Source of the DNA: an uncultured bacterium
Lineage (GTDB): Bacteria; Actinomycetota; Acidimicrobiia; Spongiisociales; UBA5794
Assembly (NCBI GenBank): GCA_963801165.1
Contig: CAWDDT010000004.1
Location: 32,001 to 96,000, forward strand
Reading direction: 5' to 3'
DNA: 64,000 nucleotides
The notes below the pieces were generated by a model. It saw only the letters and a program-made list of their open reading frames with translations. It was not told where the DNA came from and searched no databases. Positions 50,198-60,024 of this stretch are shown here, in pieces. How positions within the stretch are numbered: the first letter of the stretch is position 1; every line of letters begins with the position of its first letter. The translations under genes and the position numbers were made by a program.

Positions 50198-50226
50198 TCT
50201 CAGGAAACTCCCAGGGTTCGCACAGG
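50198..50226 (+). promoter_or_regulatory. Three direct repeats with 11-bp period (OmpR/PhoP/MprA-type box)
   Basis: TCTCAGG, TCCCAGG and GCACAGG at 50198, 50209 and 50220, upstream of the response regulator. Confidence 0.72.
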
Positions 50227-50272
50227 TTTGGCTAAGGCTGGGCATCTATGGTTGGCTTCGTTGAACCACGGA

Positions 50273-51004
50273 ATGGACACTCTGGGAGTAGGCGTGGAGA
50301 CTCACAAAACCAACACCCCGCGAGCTCAGGTGCTTGTTGTCGACGATGAGGAATCGCTTGTCGACATGTTGACGACGGCATTGCGCTTCACCGGCTACGA
50401 CGTTGTCAGTGCAGGATCGGGTTTCGATGCGTTGCGTGCGGTCAAGGACTCCCGACCGGACCTGATAGTGCTCGATGTGAACATGCCCGACCTCGACGGC
50501 TTCGAGGTGTGCCGGCGTATCCGGCGTGACGGCATCGATTCCCCTGTCATCTTCTTGACGGCGCGCGATGCACCTGAGGATCTCCGCATGGGCTTCTCTC
50601 ATGGTGGCGACGACTACTTGACCAAACCGTTCAGCCTCGAGGAGCTTTCGCTCCGGATCGAGGCCATTCTGCGCCGGGTGCGTGGCACCGGGACCGAATC
50701 GAACCGGCTCGTCTGTGGCGAGTTGCTTCTCGATGAAGATGCGCACCAGGTTTTCGTGGGTGCCAACGAGATCGAGCTGTCACCGACCGAGTTCCGGTTG
50801 CTGCGCTACCTCATGCTCAACCAGGGCCGGGCGCTATCGAAGCTGCAGATCCTGGACTACGTCTGGGAATACGACTTCGATGGCAACGCCGCGGTTGTGG
50901 AGACCTACATCAGCTATCTACGCAAGAAGCTCGGGCCCGAGGCCGCCGAATGGTTGCGAACGGTGCGTGGGGTCGGGTACATGTTGCGGCATACGTCGGC
51001 GTGA
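50273..51004 (+). CDS. OmpR-family response regulator
   Basis: VLVVDDE, VLDVNMP, FLTAR, KPF, LSPTEF, TVRGVGY; start uncertain. Confidence 0.93.
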   Translation: MDTLGVGVETHKTNTPRAQVLVVDDEESLVDMLTTALRFTGYDVVSAGSGFDALRAVKDSRPDLIVLDVNMPDLDGFEVCRRIRRDGIDSPVIFLTARDAPEDLRMGFSHGGDDYLTKPFSLEELSLRIEAILRRVRGTGTESNRLVCGELLLDEDAHQVFVGANEIELSPTEFRLLRYLMLNQGRALSKLQILDYVWEYDFDGNAAVVETYISYLRKKLGPEAAEWLRTVRGVGYMLRHTSA

Positions 51005-51008
51005 CACG

Positions 51009-52391
51009 ATGCGGTTACGTACCCAGCTGGTAGTCACCTTCACCCTGTTGCTGCTGGCGGTGATAACCGCGGTCGCATTTGTTGTCGTCCGCTCGAGCCG
51101 GGCGGTGCTCACCAATCAGGTCGACGACTCGCTCAGGGGAATCCAGATCCGTATCGAGCCGAACCGGCTGATTCCCATAGGTGCTCCCAATCGAGCCGGG
51201 GACCCTTCCCCCCAGCATGTTGCCCACATCGTGCTCGACGCCGCCGGCAACGTCGTATTCGAGGACCCGTCGGGTTTTCGCGATTCGCCCGATCCTCTGC
51301 CCTACATCACCGACCTCTTCGAGAACGCGTCTCTTCGTGAGATCGTGACGATTCCCTCCGTCGACGGGTCGTTGCACTACCGGGCGTTCTACCAGGAACA
51401 GCCAGACGGGCGCGCCGATGTGTGGGCGGCGCCGCTTACCGAGGTGGACAACGCGGTCAATCGGATGCTGCGGATGCTGCTGCTGGCGGGTGCCGGTGTC
51501 GCTCTGATCGGGGCGACGGCGACGTGGTGGCTGGTGAGGCGCGGTCTCCAACCTGTCGATCACATGGTCGAAACCGCTACTGCGATAGGCGGCGGCGATC
51601 TGAGCCGCCGGGTACCCGCGGCCAAGCCGAAGACCGAGCTCGGTCACCTGGGCCTGGCGCTCAACGAGATGATGACCCAGATCGAGGATGCCTTCGCCCA
51701 CGAAGCGGAAGCACAGGAGCGGCTCAAGACGTTTGTCGCCGATGCGTCCCACGAGTTGCGAACCCCGATCGCCGCCATCCAGGGCTATGCCGAGCTGTAC
51801 CGGAAGGGTGCGCTCGAGGAGGAGGGGGCGCTGAACAATGCGATGCGCCGGGTCACATCCGACGCGGCCCGGATGCACCGGCTGGTCAGCGACCTGCTGC
51901 TGCTGGCCCGACTCGATCGCGGTCAGGTGAGCGAGCCGCGCTCGATCAACGTCGCCAACGTCATCCACGATGCGGTCACCGACTTCGGGGCCATCGATCC
52001 GGAGCGGGATATCGTGGTCGAGGGGAGCCTCGACTCTGCGAAGGTGCTCGGTGACTATCACCAGCTCGCCCAGGTCTTCTCGAACCTACTGGCGAATGCC
52101 CGTATGCACACTCCGGCCGGCACACCGGTGACGATCCGGATGCGCCACGATGCTGCCGCTGTCGTCGTCGACGTCATCGACGACGGCCCGGGTCTGCCCG
52201 AGGATGTCACGGCAAAGGTGTTCGATCGCTTCTACCGGATCGACACGTCACGAGCCCGTAAGAGCGGTGGCAGCGGTCTCGGTCTGGCCATCGTGGCTGC
52301 GATCGTCGCCGAGCACGGCGGCACGGTGGAGGCCGGCAACGAGCCGGGCCGTGGGGCGAGGTTCACCGTACGGCTCCCGGTGGTTGCCTAA
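51009..52391 (+). CDS. HAMP-domain sensor histidine kinase
   Basis: Two TM segments, DASHELRTP, NLLANA, DDGPG, FDRFYR, GSGLGL. Confidence 0.95.
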   Translation: MRLRTQLVVTFTLLLLAVITAVAFVVVRSSRAVLTNQVDDSLRGIQIRIEPNRLIPIGAPNRAGDPSPQHVAHIVLDAAGNVVFEDPSGFRDSPDPLPYITDLFENASLREIVTIPSVDGSLHYRAFYQEQPDGRADVWAAPLTEVDNAVNRMLRMLLLAGAGVALIGATATWWLVRRGLQPVDHMVETATAIGGGDLSRRVPAAKPKTELGHLGLALNEMMTQIEDAFAHEAEAQERLKTFVADASHELRTPIAAIQGYAELYRKGALEEEGALNNAMRRVTSDAARMHRLVSDLLLLARLDRGQVSEPRSINVANVIHDAVTDFGAIDPERDIVVEGSLDSAKVLGDYHQLAQVFSNLLANARMHTPAGTPVTIRMRHDAAAVVVDVIDDGPGLPEDVTAKVFDRFYRIDTSRARKSGGSGLGLAIVAAIVAEHGGTVEAGNEPGRGARFTVRLPVVA

Positions 52392-52396
52392 TCCCT

Positions 52397-52700
52397 CTCA
52401 GGTCCAGCTCCGCCGGCCAGGCGTACCTCAACGCCACGGGGTAGATGTGCGCCGGGTTTGCCGCCGCTGATTACCACGAGCTGGCTGTCGATGCGCTGCG
52501 TTGCCAGATCGATTCGACTTGTGTCGATTGCCAGCGTGTCGGTCTGGATGTCGATCGTCGCGGTTCGCTGACCTCGATCGAATCGGCTCAGATCGGGTAC
52601 GAAGGCCTCGATCAGAAACCGGCCACCCGGTCGCAGGTGAGACGCAACCGAACGGAAGCAACTCAGCTGGGCATCATGTGTGAGTAGGCCAAGGATTCCC
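52397..52700 (-). pseudogene. Internal fragment of a class I SAM-dependent methyltransferase with a frameshift
   Basis: Manual translation LLTHDAQLSCFRSVASHLRPGGRFLIEAFVPDLSRFDRGQ..TQRIDSQLVVI, then IYPVALRYAWPAELDL in a shifted frame; no start and no SAM-binding motif I. Confidence 0.7.
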
Positions 52701-52824
52701 CGGTCGTATTGGTGGTGGGATCACCTGACCGCCGCGGCGAACCGTGACGCCTGGCCGTCCCTCGCAGTGGTGTCGACGGCGTAGCATGTGGGTCCGCCCG
52801 CCGAGATGAGAAAGGGCGTGTCGC

Positions 52825-53805
52825 GTGAAGACACCGGGAGCACTCGAGGCGGACGCGATGCCGGACGGGCCTGCGCTGACGGCCCAGCGTCTCACCAAGC
52901 GGTTCGGGGACCGCCTCGCGGTGGACGACGTCTCGTTCGAGGTGGCGCGCGGCGAGGTGTTCGGGTTCCTGGGTCCCAACGGCGCCGGCAAGACGACCAC
53001 GGTGCGCATGCTGGGGACGCTGATCGCGCCGACATCGGGCTCCGCGTCCGTCCTCGGCATCCCCATCACCCGGACGAGTGGCGTTGAGATCCGGCAACGG
53101 GTCGCCGTCATGCCGGAGGTGCCGGGGCTGTATGCCCGGCTCAGCGTCCGCGAGAACCTCGAATGCTTCGCCGACCTGTACGAGACGCCCGATCCGAAGG
53201 CGCGCATCGGCCAGGCGCTCGAACTGGTCCACCTGTCAGACCGGGCAAATGACGTCTGCGGTGGCCTGTCGAAGGGACTCCGACAGCGGGTCGCCCTGGC
53301 CCGGGCCCTGCTGAGCGACCCGGAGGTCCTGTTCCTCGACGAGCCCACGGCAGGACTCGATCCGGCCGCGGCCCTGGAGGTGCACCAACTGATCGACGGC
53401 CTTCGCAAGCAGGGCGTGACGATCTTCCTCACCACCCATCGGCTGGAAGAAGCGGAGCGGCTGTGCGACCGCGTCGCCATCCTGAACACGAGCCTGCGGA
53501 GCATCGGCAAGCCGGAAGCCTTGCGTGATCAGCTGTTCAAGCGTTCCCTGGTCGTGCGGACCGCTGCACCCCTGGCCGATCCGGACGCCGTGTTCAGCGG
53601 TCTGCCGGGGGTGGACGGTTGGCACGCCGATGGCGTGGCCTCCTACGTGCTTGCCGTGACGGACGCCTCGATGGCCGCTCCGTCGGTGACGCGCGCGCTG
53701 GTTGCCGCAGGCGCCGACGTGCTCACCGTCGGCAAGTCGCAGCACTCACTCGAGGATGTCTACCTGGAGCTGGTCGACGAGAGCCGGCCGGCGGCGGCGT
53801 CATGA
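52825..53805 (+). CDS. ABC transporter ATP-binding protein
   Basis: GPNGAGKT, LSKGLRQR, FLDEP, TTH. Confidence 0.94.
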   Translation: MKTPGALEADAMPDGPALTAQRLTKRFGDRLAVDDVSFEVARGEVFGFLGPNGAGKTTTVRMLGTLIAPTSGSASVLGIPITRTSGVEIRQRVAVMPEVPGLYARLSVRENLECFADLYETPDPKARIGQALELVHLSDRANDVCGGLSKGLRQRVALARALLSDPEVLFLDEPTAGLDPAAALEVHQLIDGLRKQGVTIFLTTHRLEEAERLCDRVAILNTSLRSIGKPEALRDQLFKRSLVVRTAAPLADPDAVFSGLPGVDGWHADGVASYVLAVTDASMAAPSVTRALVAAGADVLTVGKSQHSLEDVYLELVDESRPAAAS

Positions 53806-54524
53806 ACCACAGCTGGCGGCGCATCAGCGCCATCACCCGCAAGGAGCTGCGCGAGTACGTGCGCAACCGACCTGTGCTGGTGGCCGTGGCGATATTCCCG
53901 CTCATCTTCCTGATCCAGCCCGTGGTGCTGGTCCTGAAGCTGCCCACTGAGGTCGCGGTCCAGCTGAGCCAACGACACCTCCTGCTCTACATGCTGGCGG
54001 TGCCGATCCTGGCGCCCGGCATCCTGGGCGGGTATTCCGTAGCGGGGGAGCGTCAGCAGGAGAGCCTGGAGCCGGCGCTCACCACGCCCATCCGCAGCGA
54101 CGAGTTCCTGCTGGGCAAAGCGATTGCCGCCGTGGTGCCCTCGGTGGTGATCGCGTACCTGGTCTTTTCCCTGTTTATGGGCTTCGTACTGCTCTTTGCC
54201 CCGCCGGGGGTCGGTTCCGGTCTGCTGCAGCCAGGCGACATCGCCGCACAGGCCATCCTCACCCCGTTGCTCGCCGCGGCGGCGACGTGGATCTCGGTGG
54301 CCGTCTCGACCCGCATGAGCGACACGCGGGTGGCGCAGCAGCTCAGCCTGCTCGGGTGCATGCCGCTGGTGGTGGTGACCTCTCTCGTCGCCTTTGACGT
54401 GATCCCCATTCAGGACACGCCGCTGGTCCCCGTGGCGGTGCTGCTTCTCGTCGCCGATGTCGTGGGCTGGCGCCTGGTTGTGCCCCTGTTCAACAGGGAA
54501 CGCCTGATCACCGGATCGAGGTAG
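53802..54524 (+). CDS. ABC-2 type permease
   Basis: RKELREY, VAGERQQESLEP.LTTP, LLGK, FNRERL; ATGA coupling. Confidence 0.9.
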   Translation: MNHSWRRISAITRKELREYVRNRPVLVAVAIFPLIFLIQPVVLVLKLPTEVAVQLSQRHLLLYMLAVPILAPGILGGYSVAGERQQESLEPALTTPIRSDEFLLGKAIAAVVPSVVIAYLVFSLFMGFVLLFAPPGVGSGLLQPGDIAAQAILTPLLAAAATWISVAVSTRMSDTRVAQQLSLLGCMPLVVVTSLVAFDVIPIQDTPLVPVAVLLLVADVVGWRLVVPLFNRERLITGSR

Positions 54525-54579
54525 CCTGCCGACCGCGACGTCGGAGCCGGGCTCACGGCCCCACGTCGGGACCGTTCGG

Positions 54580-54760
54580 TCACCAGGCCGGAGCGCGGTC
54601 GGCGATCGCCACGATGTCAGTGGCGTCGACGGACGCGGGCCCTCCCGTGTACCGGGCCTCGAACCGGATATGGGTGAAGCCGGCGAGCTCGAGGATCAGG
54701 CGCAGCTCCTGCGCCGAAGTAGAGCGAGCGGCACCCGGCCAGCATGTCCTCCGAGGGTCC
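54580..54760 (-). pseudogene. C-terminal remnant of a methyltransferase-like gene
   Basis: ELRLILELAGFTHIRFEARYTGGPAS..IVAIA with no plausible N-terminus. Confidence 0.5.
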
Positions 54761-54793
54761 GCCTCATGGACGCCGAGGCCCTCCGCCACCAGC

Positions 54794-55024
54794 GGGATCC
54801 AGGGGTCAAAGCCCCGCACCGGCGTCGGTGTCATCGACGGTAACCATTTCGTATTCGTCGTCGTCGACGGTCGGGCCACCGGATACAGTCGGGGCGTCAC
54901 CATGACCGAGTTTGCCGGCAACTACGGAATCATCCATCTGCTGTACCGGCGGTTCGGGATCAACCTCGCCTTGGCCAAGATCGCCACCGAATCGGTGCTC
55001 TTTGCAGCCAGCTACCACGCCTAG
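54794..55024 (+). pseudogene. Chimeric remnant joining a phosphodiester glycosidase fragment to a GtrA-like fragment
   Basis: PRTGVGVIDGNHFVFVVVDGRATGYSRGVTMTEFA joined to NYGIIHLL..LAKIATESVLFAASY. Confidence 0.6.
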
Positions 55025-55145
55025 CGGACCTTCGTGTTTCGTCCCGAGAAGGTCGAATCGGTGTCGCGGTCGGTTCTTGCCGACTACCGCTGAGCGGAAT
55101 GAGCCGGCGACCCGAACCGCGCCCGGGTCATGCCGGGCATTCGGG

Positions 55146-55541
55146 TCAGTCGCGCAACAACTCGATCCTGCAGCGTGGGCCGTGGGCGGCGGCGAGTCTG
55201 CGGTCGAGCGTGAGCAATGTTGCGTTGGCCCGCTCGGCGATTGCGACATAGGCGGCGTCGTACGGCGTGACGGAGTCCCTCAGTTCCCAAATTCGGCGCA
55301 CGAAGTTGGCGTGGGAGTGGCGGTAGATTCTCATCCGGCTAAGCCCGCCCAGGACATGCAGCGCGTCAGGGGGTGTGACTTCGCCCTGTACTGCTAACCG
55401 CCTCAGCGCGGAAAGGACTTCGAGATCGATCAACTCAGGGGCGTGGATCTCGGTCGAGCCGAGGCGGTAGCGGGCGAGCCGACCGTACTCGCCCGACGAC
55501 AACAGGGCCTCGAGCACGACCCCGGCGTCAGCGACGATCAC
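55146..55541 (-). CDS. vapC: VapC/PIN-domain toxin
   Basis: IVADAGVV, APELIDLEV, WELRDSVTPYDAAYVAIAE, LLTLDRRL. Confidence 0.92.
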   Translation of the reverse strand: MIVADAGVVLEALLSSGEYGRLARYRLGSTEIHAPELIDLEVLSALRRLAVQGEVTPPDALHVLGGLSRMRIYRHSHANFVRRIWELRDSVTPYDAAYVAIAERANATLLTLDRRLAAAHGPRCRIELLRD

Positions 55542-55761
55542 GTTTGTCTGCGATGATCGCATCGACGATGACATCGTGGTCGATGTCGATTCGATACGGT
55601 TCCATCTCCTCGAATACCTCGGCGAGCGACTTTTGCTCGAGCAGATTGCTCAGCTCCCGCTTTAGGAAGTCGGAAAGCGACATTCCCTCTCGAGCGGCCC
55701 GCGCCTTGAGCTCGGCGTGCATCTCTTCCGGTACGTTGCGGATCTGGATCATCTTTGACAC
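55528..55761 (-). CDS. FitA-like ribbon-helix-helix antitoxin
   Basis: IQIRNVPEEMHAELKARAAREGMSLSDFL; overlaps the toxin start. Confidence 0.88.
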   Translation of the reverse strand: MSKMIQIRNVPEEMHAELKARAAREGMSLSDFLKRELSNLLEQKSLAEVFEEMEPYRIDIDHDVIVDAIIADKRDRR

Positions 55762-55774
55762 ACTCCCAACCTAG

Positions 55775-55793
55775 CACATGTGTCTCACATGTG
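55775..55793. promoter_or_regulatory. Duplicated palindrome upstream of the TA operon (autoregulatory operator)
   Basis: CACATGTG-TCT-CACATGTG. Confidence 0.7.
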
Positions 55794-55836
55794 GCAGAGA
55801 TATCAGAAGTAGAATGCCATACCTAGAGATATATAG

Positions 55837-56520
55837 TCACCCGTGGATGATGCGGCTGATGACATCCTGATCGGGCTTGCCGTCGTAGACGACCTCGCCA
55901 TCGCGCAGCCCGATACAGCGGGAGGAGATGGTAGTGAGGTTGGGCTGATGGGTCGAGCAGATGACGCTCTTACCGGCCTCGGCGAGAGCGCCGAGGATCG
56001 TCACCAGGGCGTTCTGCCCGGCGACGTCGAGCCCGAGGAACGGCTCGTCGATGAGCAGCAGCTCGAAGGGGCGTACCAGCCCGACGATCATCGCCGCCTT
56101 CTGCCGCATGCCCCGAGAGAACCTGGCAGGCAGATCGTCCATCCGGTCGGTGAGTTGGAAGTTGGCGAGGAGCTCCTCGGCTGCCGCCTCCCATTCGGGG
56201 GCGTTGTGGAGCGCGGCGTTGAAGGCGATGTGCTCCCAAAGTGTGAGGTCGTTGTAGAGGATCGGCTCGTCGGGGAGGTAGCTGCGGCTGGTGCGGGCGG
56301 TGACGCTGTCGGGAGACGCACCGAGGATGGAAACGGAGCCTTCTGTGGGGTCGAGAAAGCCGCTGAGCAGACCGAGCAGCGTGCTCTTGCCCGATCCGTT
56401 GTGTCCGACGAGCAGCACCAGCTCGCCGCTCCCAACCGTCAGGTCGGTTGGGGAGAGGCCGAAACCGTCGCCGTAGTCCTTGGCGAGTTGTTCTGCGGAC
56501 ACCACAGGTTGGTCGTTCAT
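55837..56520 (-). CDS. ABC transporter ATP-binding protein
   Basis: GHNGSGKS, FSRGMRQK, IDEP, STH; start MNDQP at 56520. Confidence 0.92.
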   Translation of the reverse strand: MNDQPVVSAEQLAKDYGDGFGLSPTDLTVGSGELVLLVGHNGSGKSTLLGLLSGFLDPTEGSVSILGASPDSVTARTSRSYLPDEPILYNDLTLWEHIAFNAALHNAPEWEAAAEELLANFQLTDRMDDLPARFSRGMRQKAAMIVGLVRPFELLLIDEPFLGLDVAGQNALVTILGALAEAGKSVICSTHQPNLTTISSRCIGLRDGEVVYDGKPDQDVISRIIHG

Positions 56521-58073
56521 GTCATCTCCGGTTTGCGAGAACGTAGCCACATCAGGGCGAGGCTGCAGGTGATCCCCATGAGGAACAGGCTGTTGGTACC
56601 GCTCGCAGCGGGCGCAACATCGCCGACGATCCCGGCGACGACCGGGATAAGGGGGATGACGGCGATCGCCGGCGGCGCCAGAATCCGCGGCACGGTGGTG
56701 AGGGCAAACATCTCGGACTCCATAGATGCCGACGAGATCGTGGGCGCCCCGAGAACCGTGCTGACCCCGGCACCGACTGCGGCGCCTACGGTTGCGGCAG
56801 GCACGGCACCGAGTGCGACGACCAGCATGTCGACGCCGCCGACGAGCCAGGCCGTCACTACCGCGACAACGGCAACCGGCGCCATGCACGCGGCGCCGGC
56901 CATGGTGAGCCGGACCACAATGTCACCCGGCCAGACCGGTTTGTTGGCCCAGAGCGTCGGCTTGTCTATCTCCTGGGCGAGCGCCTCGACGAAGTCGTAG
57001 GCAGCGAGGAACAGGAGCAGACCGGTGAGCAACGCCACAGGGGCGGCCCACCGTTGTGCCAGCCCCAGGGCAGCCCCGGCGCCTATCCCGAGCGTCGCCG
57101 CCCTGATGAGCGTCGACGGCGGCGAGTGGAGAAGGCCGCGCATGGTTCGCTGGAGCGCCGGCGCCCGGTTCCCTGTCGTGCGGGGGATCGGGAGCCACGC
57201 CTTCGATCTGTGAGTGTGCCCGGTGAGGCGGCGCCGCAGCACCACCACCGTCCGCAGATCCTGCATCGTGAGCGCGAATCGGATCTGGCTCACCAGACCG
57301 GAACGACGCAGCGCGGCCTCGAGCGAGATGGAGCCGGCCGAGGCCATGGCGAGAAAGAGCAGCGCAGCGACGACAACGATCCCGATGAGTGAGGTGACTC
57401 GAGCCGTGTCTTTGAGCAGAGCGAGCTCACCGATGAGACTCATCGGCGATGTAGCCGTCCTGGCGACCAGGTCGGCCGCAGACCACCCGACGACGGCAAG
57501 CCCGATTACGGCGGCGCCGGTCGGTTTGAGCCGGTGTCCGGAAGCGACGAGCGCAGACGCAAACAGTGCGACGGCCGTAAGCACACCCACGACGCCAAAC
57601 CCGACGACGAGCAGGAATGCTCCCCCCGGCAGCGCCGCCGAGGTACCGAGACCGACAGCCATACCACCACCTGCCCCCCAGGTCGCTGCCGAGCGGAGCT
57701 GGCTGAGCGCGCTGCGTCTTGTGATGAACGCCCGATCGACCGGGGATTGGAGCAGGTAGTGCACTGTCGGTGGCTCGAACACCAGAGGCCCGCCACGCGA
57801 GCCCGATCGCAGCCCGACGGCAACAGCAAGCGCGAGCACCAGCCCGACCACCGCAGGCGCACGGGCGATGACTGTGGCGAACTCGCCGGCGGTGACCTGG
57901 TCTTCGGGCAGGAACGAGGCGACCACGGCCGCCGCCCCGGCGAGGGCGAAGCCGGCAACATACGCCTGGTAGAGCGCCTCCCAGAAGTCGATCCGTTGCC
58001 GCCGCGAGTCCCGCCGGGCTCGCTCCAGATCACGAACCGCGTCGCGCGCGTCGAACTCTGCTTCCTCGGTCAT
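56517..58073 (-). CDS. Multi-pass membrane protein, probable ABC exporter permease
   Basis: About 12 TM segments, GGPL motif, coupled to the ATPase gene. Confidence 0.75.
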   Translation of the reverse strand: MTEEAEFDARDAVRDLERARRDSRRQRIDFWEALYQAYVAGFALAGAAAVVASFLPEDQVTAGEFATVIARAPAVVGLVLALAVAVGLRSGSRGGPLVFEPPTVHYLLQSPVDRAFITRRSALSQLRSAATWGAGGGMAVGLGTSAALPGGAFLLVVGFGVVGVLTAVALFASALVASGHRLKPTGAAVIGLAVVGWSAADLVARTATSPMSLIGELALLKDTARVTSLIGIVVVAALLFLAMASAGSISLEAALRRSGLVSQIRFALTMQDLRTVVVLRRRLTGHTHRSKAWLPIPRTTGNRAPALQRTMRGLLHSPPSTLIRAATLGIGAGAALGLAQRWAAPVALLTGLLLFLAAYDFVEALAQEIDKPTLWANKPVWPGDIVVRLTMAGAACMAPVAVVAVVTAWLVGGVDMLVVALGAVPAATVGAAVGAGVSTVLGAPTISSASMESEMFALTTVPRILAPPAIAVIPLIPVVAGIVGDVAPAASGTNSLFLMGITCSLALMWLRSRKPEMT

Positions 58074-58118
58074 TCGGACGATTGTGGCACTTCTCGGCCC
58101 GGAGCCGTGCCACGCGGG

Positions 58119-58601
58119 TCATTCAATCCAGTGGTTGTCGTGTTGGAGGTAGAACGCCAGACGCTCGTCGTCCGACATCGTGGCAACCTCGACCAACCCC
58201 TCGAAGTAGCCCTCGCGGGGAGCACCCGGTGTGAATAGGAGCAGCATCGACGCCGGCACACCGGCAGTGCTGCGGAATCCGTGGATCCCCCCCGGCGGGA
58301 CGAACACGAAGTCGCCCGGCTTGGTGTCGACCCATTCGTGACCGTTGAAGATCAACATAGATCCACTGAGGATGTAGAACGACTCGGCGATCGTGCGGTG
58401 GTAGTGCGGGCCGGGGCCACTCTCGGCCGGTCCCGTGGTCCACCGGTACAGACCCATCAGGCCGCCACTCCCGGCACCTGTAGTGAGATAGTGGACGGTG
58501 GTGCCGTTGGGGTATATCAAGTCCGGAGGCGCATCGGACGGGTGGAGACGTGCCGTCGTCTCGCCTTCTGAACCTCCGTAGAGGGCCGGTGGGTAACTCA
58601 C
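58119..58601 (-). CDS. Cupin domain protein
   Basis: PHYH..ESFYILSG, PGDFVFVPPGGIHGF. Confidence 0.9.
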   Translation of the reverse strand: MSYPPALYGGSEGETTARLHPSDAPPDLIYPNGTTVHYLTTGAGSGGLMGLYRWTTGPAESGPGPHYHRTIAESFYILSGSMLIFNGHEWVDTKPGDFVFVPPGGIHGFRSTAGVPASMLLLFTPGAPREGYFEGLVEVATMSDDERLAFYLQHDNHWIE

Positions 58602-59053
58602 TCGTACCGTCCTTGTTCATCGCCGCGGAGCAGAGCCCGCAGCGCCGTCTTGAACTTGTCTATGTCCGGGGAGGAGAGCGGGGCAAAGAACGTCTGCTCT
58701 GCGGCGGCGACCTTCTTGCGCGCCCGCTCGAGGGTGCGGCGCCCGTCGGTCGTCAGTTCGACGATGTTCTTACGGCGGTCCTCGGGGTGCCGGCTGCGCC
58801 GGGCCAGGCCCTTGTCCTCCAGCCCGTCGACGAGCGCCACCATCGTGGTTCGATCGATTCCGAGCGCGTTAGCCGCCTCCTGCTGGGACAACTCTTCGCC
58901 GGATCCGATAGTGACCAGCACTGCCCATTGCTTGCCGTCGATGCCTAACTGCTCGAGAGCCGCACCGGCAAGTTGCTGATACCGGCTCTGAACATGCTTG
59001 AGGAGGTACCCAAACCGGTTCTCGATTTCATTGCCCGCAGTCTCGTCGCTCAT
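58598..59053 (-). CDS. MarR family regulator
   Basis: SQQEAA..IDRTTMVALVDGLE.KG, DRR..LT..G. Confidence 0.93.
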   Translation of the reverse strand: MSDETAGNEIENRFGYLLKHVQSRYQQLAGAALEQLGIDGKQWAVLVTIGSGEELSQQEAANALGIDRTTMVALVDGLEDKGLARRSRHPEDRRKNIVELTTDGRRTLERARKKVAAAEQTFFAPLSSPDIDKFKTALRALLRGDEQGRYE

Positions 59054-59072
59054 GGGGGCATTCTACCGGTAC

Positions 59073-59101
59073 ACTGATAATCAGTAATACCGATAATCAG
59101 G
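59073..59101. promoter_or_regulatory. Twin palindromes between marR and the LLM gene (candidate MarR operator)
   Basis: ACTGATAATCAGT (59073-59085) and CCGATAATCAGG (59090-59101). Confidence 0.68.
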
Positions 59102-59124
59102 GTACATGACGAGAAGGGAAGGCC

Positions 59125-60024
59125 ATGCACCGACTGCGCTTTGGGATCAAGACGACGCCGATGAATACGAGCTACGAGGACATACTCAGGGTATGGCTCG
59201 AGGCAGACCGAGAAGAGCTCATCAGCGATGCCTGGCTCTGGGACCACTTTCTGCCGCTTGCGCCGGATCCGGCTGTTCCCGTTCATGAAGGATGGACCCT
59301 GTTGGCGGCTCTCGCCGCACAGACCAGAAGGCTGCGTCTCGGGCTGCTCGTGACCAGCAACGCAGTGCGCCCACCCGCAGTGTTGGCGAAGATGGCGGCC
59401 ACCGTCGACGTGATCTCGGGGGGTCGGCTGATCCTCGGCATCGGTGTCGGGGGGACCCGCCAGCCCGCCGGAGTGGCCAACCCGGCCACCCGCGAGCATG
59501 CGGCCTATGGGATACCTCTCCCGTCACCCGCCGACGGCATCGCCCGGCTCGACGAGGCCTGTACCCTCATCCGTCGCCTCTGGCAGGAGGACGGCTTCGA
59601 TTACACCGGGACGCACTATCAGCTGCAGGGGGCGACGTGTCGACCCCGACCTGTCCAGCAGCCCGTGCCACCGCTGCTGCTGGGCGGCTGGGGAGACAAG
59701 ACGCTTGGCGTTGTCGCCCGTCACGCCGACATGTGGAACATCCCCGGCCCGCCACACGGTGAGATCTCTTTCCTTATCGAGCGCAACGAGGCGCTGGACG
59801 CCGCCTGCCGGGAGATCGGGCGCAACCCGGACGAGATCGTGCGGTCCACCCAGATGATCGCCGACTACGACGATCCCGGCGCCGTGCGTAATTTCGTTTC
59901 CGAGCTTGCAGACGCCGGGTTCTCGCACTTCGTCGTCGCGCTGCGCCCTCCCTATCCCGAGGGCGCCGCCCGATGGCTTGTCGACGAGGTCATCGCACCC
60001 GTTACAGCCCGACCCGCTGGTTGA
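59125..60024 (+). CDS. LLM-class (luciferase-like) flavin/F420-dependent oxidoreductase
   Basis: AWLWDH, EGWTLLAALAA.T, LAKMAATVDVISGGRL. Confidence 0.9.
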   Translation: MHRLRFGIKTTPMNTSYEDILRVWLEADREELISDAWLWDHFLPLAPDPAVPVHEGWTLLAALAAQTRRLRLGLLVTSNAVRPPAVLAKMAATVDVISGGRLILGIGVGGTRQPAGVANPATREHAAYGIPLPSPADGIARLDEACTLIRRLWQEDGFDYTGTHYQLQGATCRPRPVQQPVPPLLLGGWGDKTLGVVARHADMWNIPGPPHGEISFLIERNEALDAACREIGRNPDEIVRSTQMIADYDDPGAVRNFVSELADAGFSHFVVALRPPYPEGAARWLVDEVIAPVTARPAG

